The notes under the pieces: generated by a model
What the model was told of the DNA's origin: nothing
The model's database searches: none
The model's input: only the letters and a program-made list of their open reading frames with translations
Shown here: one piece after another, positions 47,207 to 53,173 of the stretch
Position numbering within the stretch: position 1 is the stretch's first letter
Layout: every line of letters begins with the position of its first letter
Translations under genes and position numbers: made by a program
Origin: a virus
Lineage: Duplodnaviria > Caudoviricetes
Reading direction: 5' to 3' (one strand)
IMG/VR virus record: IMGVR_UViG_3300015024_000005
Location: 1-53,173 of that record
Length of the DNA: 53,173 bases

Positions 47207-48462
47207 TAAGCTATCCAGGTGATAGTAAGTATACCTGATCCACCAGCTCCGCCGACAAAGGCCCCGCCAATACCTCCGCCGCCTCCGCCGCTGCCAGATC
47301 CGCCGTTACCCCCTGCAGATCCTGTATATGCTCCACCAATGCTATACGCAGAGCTAGTACCATCATTTGAAGTACTAAAAACATTACTACCAAAGAAAGT
47401 ACAAGAACTAAACTGAGTAGTCCCTCCAGTATTGCCTCCGCCGCTGCCAGATCCGCCCGCGCCACCACCACCTATGGTAGCCGTTATGACTTGACCAGGA
47501 GTTACTGCTAAAGAGTAGTACCCAGGCATTGCATTAGCTCCACCCAGCCCGGGTGTTAGGCCATCACTAGAGCTTGAAGCTCCTCCATGCCCTCCACCAC
47601 AGCCATTAACTGTTAGAAGGGTTACTCCTGCTGGAACTGTAAAAGTACTAGTAAAGGTAAAGGTTTGAGATTGTAAAGATTTATTAATACCGCTCGCTAG
47701 CTTAGCTGCTGTTACGGAGCCATCGGCTATCTTAGCTGTGGTAACACTTTGGTCAGCCAATTTAGCTGTGGTTACGTTTAAATCTGTTATCTTAGACGTT
47801 ATAATAGCATTTGGGGCTATATTAACTGTATTGATACCAGCTTGAATAGGGATTGTATTAGTAATAATACCTGCATTGTCTATTTGTAAGAAGCTAGGTA
47901 CTGCTGGTACTACAGGTAAAGTAATAGCCGTATTAGAAGACATTCCTGGAGGTGGTTGTAAAGTTAAACTAAATGTGCTATTAGGTAGTAAGTTTCTAAG
48001 TATAGCACTACCAAAGTCCATATTAGCAGCCCGATTAATGTTAGACTGCCACACAAACACACTAGATCCAGCAACGTAAGACGCTGAAGCTGGTGCTACT
48101 AAGTTAGCTATAGATCCTGGAGTACCTGCTACTGAACCAAAAGTAGTTAATCTAATGTTGTTACCAATGCCGTCTACAAAATATAAATCACTGCCTGATT
48201 GATATAAAGTATTTACGGGAGGTACTATAGTTTGAGCTGTAAACTGTAAACCTTTTAAGCTTAAAGCATTGTTATTATTAAAACTTAAGTCTGTATTAAT
48301 ATTAATACTAGCAGCTGTAATCGGAGCACCTTTACCAGGTGTATGATCATGCGCATCTATTAGTGTTAACGAAGCGTTAATGTCTAAAGCGTACGCAGGT
48401 CCGGCTTCAGTACCAACTCCGGGTATTTGAAGACTCATATTAGGTGATAATAGTATTGCCAT
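47206..48462 (-). CDS. Tail needle- or fibre-like protein with Gly-rich C-terminal domain
   Basis: IDAHDH, VTTAKLAD repeats, FTVPAGVT...GGGG...GGAGGSG. Confidence 0.7.
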   Translation of the reverse strand: MAILLSPNMSLQIPGVGTEAGPAYALDINASLTLIDAHDHTPGKGAPITAASININTDLSFNNNNALSLKGLQFTAQTIVPPVNTLYQSGSDLYFVDGIGNNIRLTTFGSVAGTPGSIANLVAPASASYVAGSSVFVWQSNINRAANMDFGSAILRNLLPNSTFSLTLQPPPGMSSNTAITLPVVPAVPSFLQIDNAGIITNTIPIQAGINTVNIAPNAIITSKITDLNVTTAKLADQSVTTAKIADGSVTAAKLASGINKSLQSQTFTFTSTFTVPAGVTLLTVNGCGGGHGGASSSSDGLTPGLGGANAMPGYYSLAVTPGQVITATIGGGGAGGSGSGGGNTGGTTQFSSCTFFGSNVFSTSNDGTSSAYSIGGAYTGSAGGNGGSGSGGGGGGIGGAFVGGAGGSGILTITWIA

Positions 48463-48747
48463 TTAGAACATCCAAACACTAATGACACAAGGAGCATTAG
48501 AAGTTAAAGTTAAAATCTTATCATTAAACGGCTGTGATCTATAGATAACTGCCGCCGCATTGATATCAGTAATGAAAAATCCTGTTTGTTTCTTACTTAA
48601 TAAATGATTTATGTTATTCACTCCATTAATTAATGTTATATTAGATATTAGCTTACCTTGGGTTAATACATTCTTAATCAATGGATCTAAAGATGTAGCC
48701 CAAACAGTTTGAGCCATGTCCCATGTTAATTGCTTAGGTAGACTCAT
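48463..48747 (-). CDS. Small tail-module protein
   Basis: 94 aa, INHLL motif, between adaptor and fibre. Confidence 0.65.
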   Translation of the reverse strand: MSLPKQLTWDMAQTVWATSLDPLIKNVLTQGKLISNITLINGVNNINHLLSKKQTGFFITDINAAAVIYRSQPFNDKILTLTSNAPCVISVWMF

Positions 48748-49799
48748 TAAAAGCCTCCCATTGATCCGTTAGTACCAAACCCAAAGCCATTGCCGCCTGA
48801 GTTACGAACGTCACTAATAGTATCTGGCATTCCAGCGTCACGATTAGCTGCTGATTCTTCAATACGTTGTTTAAGGAATAATATCTCTTCTTTAAGGTTA
48901 TTAGTGTCTGATTCTTCTTTATCTAAAGCAAACTTAGCTGCTCTAACGATAACATATTCGATCCAGCCTGATATACCTATGTCTGTAGTGTCTGTTTCTT
49001 GTAATAACTCTATAAGTCTAGGAATGTACCATAAGCGGTACACTTGTCCTGATGCTGGTAAAGGTATAAACTCAATATTCTTACCTAGTAAACGATATTC
49101 TGTGTTAACTGCACCGTATGCTGTAGGTAAGGTGTTATATGGGTTACGCTTGTTACGTTCAGCGAAGTTAAACTTTCTTAACGTATAATAAGCATTTGGA
49201 GATGAATTAATAGCCAAATCTACACCTAATAGCTTATAGAATGGTCTAGCTACTACTGGTTGATTTGTTATAGCATTGTTAAAAGTTATAGAACCGTCTG
49301 GTAGTGGGTATAGAATAGTAGACCCATTAGCTCTAAATGATACTGGAGTAGCTATAAAGTAATCTTCGTATACTGTAACTAATAAATCATACAATTCAAA
49401 CATAGCTTGGTTTATGTAACTATTCCATTCAGGTAAGGTTACAAAGTTAGAGTTAACCCTATCTGCACGTTGCTGTGCTCTTAAACGTATTTGAGACAGC
49501 GTCATCTCACCTGTAGGCGTTGGTGTCACTGATTGCGATATGGTATTAGAGCTAGTACCTGAGATATTAGACGCTGCTACCATATAATAATAAGTTGTAC
49601 CTAACACAACCGCTGTATCTAAAAAACTAGTTGCTAATGGTGTACCAGTTAATGTAGCTACGATTGTATAGGTAATATCATCTAAAGAACGACTAACAAT
49701 GTAGCTAGTCGAACCTGTAGATAAAGACCAACTAACCAAGTTTTGTTGGTTAGCAGTCTGAACATTAAATTGTTGAGGTGTCCCAGGTATTCCAGACAC
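48747..49799 (-). CDS. Head-tail adaptor (P22 gp4 / tubular A-like) with N-terminal FN3 domain
   Basis: FN3: LVSW...SYIVSR...GTTYYYMVAASNISGTS; adaptor: MTLSQIR..A...EWNSYIN.A..ELYD, YPLPD, LWYIP. Confidence 0.75.
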   Translation of the reverse strand: MSGIPGTPQQFNVQTANQQNLVSWSLSTGSTSYIVSRSLDDITYTIVATLTGTPLATSFLDTAVVLGTTYYYMVAASNISGTSSNTISQSVTPTPTGEMTLSQIRLRAQQRADRVNSNFVTLPEWNSYINQAMFELYDLLVTVYEDYFIATPVSFRANGSTILYPLPDGSITFNNAITNQPVVARPFYKLLGVDLAINSSPNAYYTLRKFNFAERNKRNPYNTLPTAYGAVNTEYRLLGKNIEFIPLPASGQVYRLWYIPRLIELLQETDTTDIGISGWIEYVIVRAAKFALDKEESDTNNLKEEILFLKQRIEESAANRDAGMPDTISDVRNSGGNGFGFGTNGSMGGF

Positions 49800-49803
49800 G
49801 ATT

Positions 49804-51132
49804 TTATTCTCCCTGTACTATGATACTTGAATTACTTAATAAGAAGGCTAAGCTAATTACAGTGCCGTCTACTGGTGCTGCTAAAGCCCCTGAGTAACCG
49901 CGACATTGTAGGATGAATTGAGCGCCAAAGCCTTGATTAGCTGAAGCTAATGGATTGCTAGATAAAGTAGGGTCACCTAATACTTCTATAGTAACTATAC
50001 CTGATCCGGTAGCTTGAGCAGTTACAACTTTAGATATTAAGATGTTACCAGCTCCACCCGTAGACGATGCGATAAAGCTAACGCCAACTGCTGGTTTTAC
50101 TCCAATAGGTACACCGATAGCATACCATTTAGAAGCAGGTGCATTACCTAACACAGAAATTACATACGCTGTACCAATAACTAATACTGAATTATCAATG
50201 CTAGTATTAGTAGGTGCTAATCCTGTGATAACATTAGAGAATCCGCTTAATGATCTATTGTATCCATCTACTAATTTAACTACAATAGTACCTGCCAAAG
50301 GTCCTGTAGTAGTTGACGATGACGATGAAACATTAGTAATGATTGAAGCAGCACTGATAGTGATAGCTCCTGTTAAAGCTACTAGATTGCCATCTACAGT
50401 ACCGCCACCGATAGTGACGCTTACTTGAGCAATTAAATGTCCTTTAAACGCTGAAGCTCCAGTTACGTTAATAGTAGCTGATGAACCGATTGCCCAGTAT
50501 ACGTTTGAAGCTAGTGCCCCACCTGTAAATACCATGGTAGCGGCTCCGCCTGCTCCTGTGGTTAACGTAGATGCAGTTTTTATGATAAAAATATCTGTAG
50601 CTGATCCGCTAAATGTTAATACCCCTGGCGCTGAAGTAGCTAATGTAGCAGCTCCTGAAGCAAAACTATATACACCTGCTGTAAGCACTTGAGCATCTAA
50701 AGCAGAAGGTATTACAGTTGAAGCTAATGCCTGTAATGCAGTATAAGCTGCAGTGGCGTCAATTTGACCTTGATTAGCTACTGAGTCTGTAATATGTTGT
50801 ACACCTATTACTGTACCTGGTGGGAATCCTGTGACAGATGTACCAGCATATAGACCTAAGTCTCCTGTAATTACTGAAGATCCTGTATTAGTTATAGTAG
50901 AAGCTGCTAATATTGCAAAGTTCTTAGATGTACCTAATACTGGAGAACCTGCAGGAGGGTTAGATAAAACTACTCCAGGTCCTCGCATAGTAACGCTCTT
51001 AATAGTAGGGCCTTTTAAAGCTCTAATACCCGATGCTTGAGTTGAATCTACGATAAAATTACAATCTAATAGTACGGGGCTCGTATGCATTGCATAGATT
51101 TTACCCCCGCTTGAAAAATTTCTATTAGCCAT
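49804..51132 (-). CDS. Putative capsid decoration protein with an inserted DUF3494 ice-binding domain
   Basis: Residues ~64-267: LGTSKNFAILAASTITNTGSSVITGDLG, TGFPPG, LTAGVY, IFIIK, GGALASNVYWAIGSSAT, FKGHLIAQVSVT; flanks are paralogous to 51137..51817. Confidence 0.85.
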   Translation of the reverse strand: MANRNFSSGGKIYAMHTSPVLLDCNFIVDSTQASGIRALKGPTIKSVTMRGPGVVLSNPPAGSPVLGTSKNFAILAASTITNTGSSVITGDLGLYAGTSVTGFPPGTVIGVQHITDSVANQGQIDATAAYTALQALASTVIPSALDAQVLTAGVYSFASGAATLATSAPGVLTFSGSATDIFIIKTASTLTTGAGGAATMVFTGGALASNVYWAIGSSATINVTGASAFKGHLIAQVSVTIGGGTVDGNLVALTGAITISAASIITNVSSSSSTTTGPLAGTIVVKLVDGYNRSLSGFSNVITGLAPTNTSIDNSVLVIGTAYVISVLGNAPASKWYAIGVPIGVKPAVGVSFIASSTGGAGNILISKVVTAQATGSGIVTIEVLGDPTLSSNPLASANQGFGAQFILQCRGYSGALAAPVDGTVISLAFLLSNSSIIVQGE

Positions 51133-51136
51133 GGTC

Positions 51137-51817
51137 TTATTCTCCCTGTACTTTAATTGAAGAATTTGATAACAAGAAAGATAAGCTAATACGACTACCT
51201 GGTGTAGGAGCTACTAAAGCTCCAGTAAAATCACGACATTGAAGAATGAATTGAGAGCCGAATCCTTGGCTAGCTCCTGGGTTTGGAGCTATTGATAAGC
51301 TAGGGTCACCTAGAATTTCAATAGTAGCAATAGATGATCCTGTAGAAGCTGCTACTTGAACTGCCCCTGAACCCGAACCTATTCCTGTTAGAGCTGCTAC
51401 GAAAGATACTCCGATAGCTGGAGTAACACCCGCTGGTACCCCTAATTTCTGCCAACTAGCTATAGTTGTAGATCCTAGAAAGGTAATTACATAAGCTGCC
51501 CCTACTGTTAAAGCTGATCCTGAAGCTATTACTAGAATAGGAGTACCACTTAACGCTGGGCTAACTATGTTAAAACCTGTTAAATATTGACTATAATTGT
51601 CTGCCAACTGCACTACAATCGTTCCGATAGCTGGATTTGGGTTACCTGGAGCTGGAGTAGCTGAAGTGTGCATAAATACGTTTGAAATTGCAGGTCCTTT
51701 TAGACTAGTGATGCCTGCTGCACTTGCTGGTGCTACTACAAAATTACAGTCTAATAAGACTGGCATTGTATGCATACTGTAGATTTTACCGCCATTAGAC
51801 CAATTACGATTTGCCAT
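51137..51817 (-). CDS. Putative capsid decoration or minor virion protein
   Basis: First gene after repeat copy 4, upstream of the adaptor; beta-rich; full-length paralog of the flanks of the next gene. Confidence 0.65.
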   Translation of the reverse strand: MANRNWSNGGKIYSMHTMPVLLDCNFVVAPASAAGITSLKGPAISNVFMHTSATPAPGNPNPAIGTIVVQLADNYSQYLTGFNIVSPALSGTPILVIASGSALTVGAAYVITFLGSTTIASWQKLGVPAGVTPAIGVSFVAALTGIGSGSGAVQVAASTGSSIATIEILGDPSLSIAPNPGASQGFGSQFILQCRDFTGALVAPTPGSRISLSFLLSNSSIKVQGE

Positions 51818-51819
51818 TG

Positions 51820-51919
51820 AATATCCTCTTTTATATCCGCTTATGACCGTAGAACATTGTTTTGCGCGGTCTCACCATTTTAGCGCGGATACGGCTTCAT
51901 GGGAAGGTTTGAGGATATC
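51820..51919 (-). promoter_or_regulatory. Structured 5' leader sequestering the RBS
   Basis: GAUAUCCUC pairs with GAGGAUAUU, which contains the SD; nested GUAUCCGC/GCGGAUAU and GACCG/CGGUC. Confidence 0.55.
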
Positions 51920-51929
51920 TCAAGGTCCT

Positions 51930-51950
51930 ATAGAAGGCTATTCGTTCATT
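51930..51950 (-). promoter_or_regulatory. 21-bp repeat, copy 4 (putative late promoter)
   Basis: AATGAACGAATAGCCTTCTAT followed by AG. Confidence 0.75.
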
Positions 51951-52160
51951 TTAACCGTATTTATCAATAATTTTGTTTAAATGCATTAGATTCTCGTGGC
52001 TGGACTGTAACATATACTTCATAATAGCCGTGTGTAGCTCTTTAATGCCTTTAAACTCTTCTAATGGTGCATCTGAATTACTTAAGCTGTTTTTAATCAT
52101 TAACGCTTGTTTATAGGCTTCTAGCTCGTATGGCAACTCATACACTAATGTTACCCTCAT
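51951..52160 (-). CDS. Hypothetical protein
   Basis: 69 aa, ATGA coupling. Confidence 0.65.
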   Translation of the reverse strand: MRVTLVYELPYELEAYKQALMIKNSLSNSDAPLEEFKGIKELHTAIMKYMLQSSHENLMHLNKIIDKYG

Positions 52161-52894
52161 CCTTCACCCCGAACTTTATCTGCTGCGGTTAGTGCTTCGT
52201 TAGCAACGCTAGGACAACCCGCAAAACCTATTGGACTAGTCATTATTTTAATAACTGCCAACCCTTCGCGGAGTATGGCGTTTTCAGCGCGTAGTTTATC
52301 AATTTCAATAGCTTGCTGGTCCACGGCGGCGTTTAACTGATCAACAGTGCGGGCAAACGCATCCTTTGCTTCGTCCATTTGTTTCCAATCGTTGCCTGAC
52401 TTACCCTTCATAGCCGATAGAGCTGCGCGGTTTTGTGAATGCTGCCATCGAGCACCTTCTACAAATGAAGGCACGTCAAGATTGTCCAAAACCTCAATCA
52501 ATTGCTCAGCGATATTCTTAGTCTTGCGACTATTGTAATCATCGTGACACTCGTCAATTTTTGCTGCGGTTGCAATAGTGTTAGACATTGCAGCAACACC
52601 GCAAGCAGCAAGTCGCATTCTTTCTCGTTCTAACTCTGCACGAAGCTTTTCAATTTCATCGAAGGGACCTTCAAACTTGCGATTAAAAAGATTTTCATAT
52701 TCTCTTTTCCATTTTTCAATCTCGGCAAGTGCTGGTTCGGCTTCGATTACGTGTGCTGACAATTGCTTTTCGCGACTGTCTTCCATTGTCGGTCTCAAAA
52801 CATCAATAGTGCCGTAGCCATCATTATTTAGTCCTGCATCACAATAAATCCACCACTCGCGCCACTTTGGTTTCTGGTCTGCATCGTTACTCAT
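52157..52894 (-). CDS. Mosaic coiled-coil hypothetical protein
   Basis: AAGGAG RBS; short modules REWWI...HVIE, ERERMRLAACGV, FVEGARWQ; visibly more GC-rich codons than the core genes. Confidence 0.7.
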   Translation of the reverse strand: MSNDADQKPKWREWWIYCDAGLNNDGYGTIDVLRPTMEDSREKQLSAHVIEAEPALAEIEKWKREYENLFNRKFEGPFDEIEKLRAELERERMRLAACGVAAMSNTIATAAKIDECHDDYNSRKTKNIAEQLIEVLDNLDVPSFVEGARWQHSQNRAALSAMKGKSGNDWKQMDEAKDAFARTVDQLNAAVDQQAIEIDKLRAENAILREGLAVIKIMTSPIGFAGCPSVANEALTAADKVRGEG

Positions 52895-53172
52895 TTCGAC
52901 TCCTTACGATAATATCTAATCATTTCTGTAATTATTTTTTTATTTAGCTTAAACTCGTTTGGTTCCCATTCTGACGTGCAGTCTTTCAATTCAAAACTGC
53001 GTAGCTCATCAAAAGTCATTTTTTTACATCCCCAAATCACATGGTCATCAAATACAGTCACAAAAAATTTAGTGTTAACAATTTGTAGTGGGTTGAATTT
53101 AAAACCTATGGTATAGCGAAGGTCGGCATAGCTAAGGTTGGCATTGCTAAGGTTGGTATTGCTAAGGTCGGC
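52891..53172 (-). CDS. Partial (5'-truncated) pentapeptide-repeat protein
   Basis: ADLSN TNLSN ANLSY ADLRY then ...HVIWGCKKMTFDE...; 15-bp tandem DNA repeats at the window end. Confidence 0.85.
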   Translation of the reverse strand, partial: ADLSNTNLSNANLSYADLRYTIGFKFNPLQIVNTKFFVTVFDDHVIWGCKKMTFDELRSFELKDCTSEWEPNEFKLNKKIITEMIRYYRKESK

Positions 53173-53173
53173 A

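Noticed and set aside
47206-48462. Diversity-generating retroelement acting on fibre genes
   Set aside because: No reverse transcriptase and no template/variable repeat pair seen
9513-51950. CRISPR array or att sites from the 21-bp repeat
   Set aside because: Copies are kilobases apart, have no spacer structure, and no cas or integrase gene is present

Overview
Most of a dsDNA tailed-phage genome with podovirus (P22/T7-like) architecture, AT-rich and nearly all on the minus strand. It carries a head module (terminase, portal, scaffold, major capsid), a tail/ejection module (putative decoration proteins, adaptor, nozzle, three ejection proteins, fibres), a replication-recombination module (family A polymerase, primase-helicase, SSB, RecA, SbcCD, UvsW/UvsY-like), lysis genes and an ibrB-X-ibrA-mazG cassette. 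I saw no integrase, RNA polymerase, tRNA or CRISPR array. Both ends are truncated, the right one inside a pentapeptide-repeat gene. Main observations: (1) a DUF3494 ice-binding domain inserted into one of two tandem paralogous virion-type proteins; (2) a small replication-region gene ending in a ~40-aa copy of the capsid N-terminus, a possible capsid mimic; (3) four identical 21-bp motifs heading the structural operons, each containing a Met-Asn-Glu-stop minigene; (4) an AxGG peptide motif shared by four internal or ejection proteins, one copy linking a GNAT domain to the largest; (5) several unexplained structured RNAs; (6) an in-frame TAA in the capsid gene, probably a sequence error. All calls come from reading motifs by eye; no searches were run.
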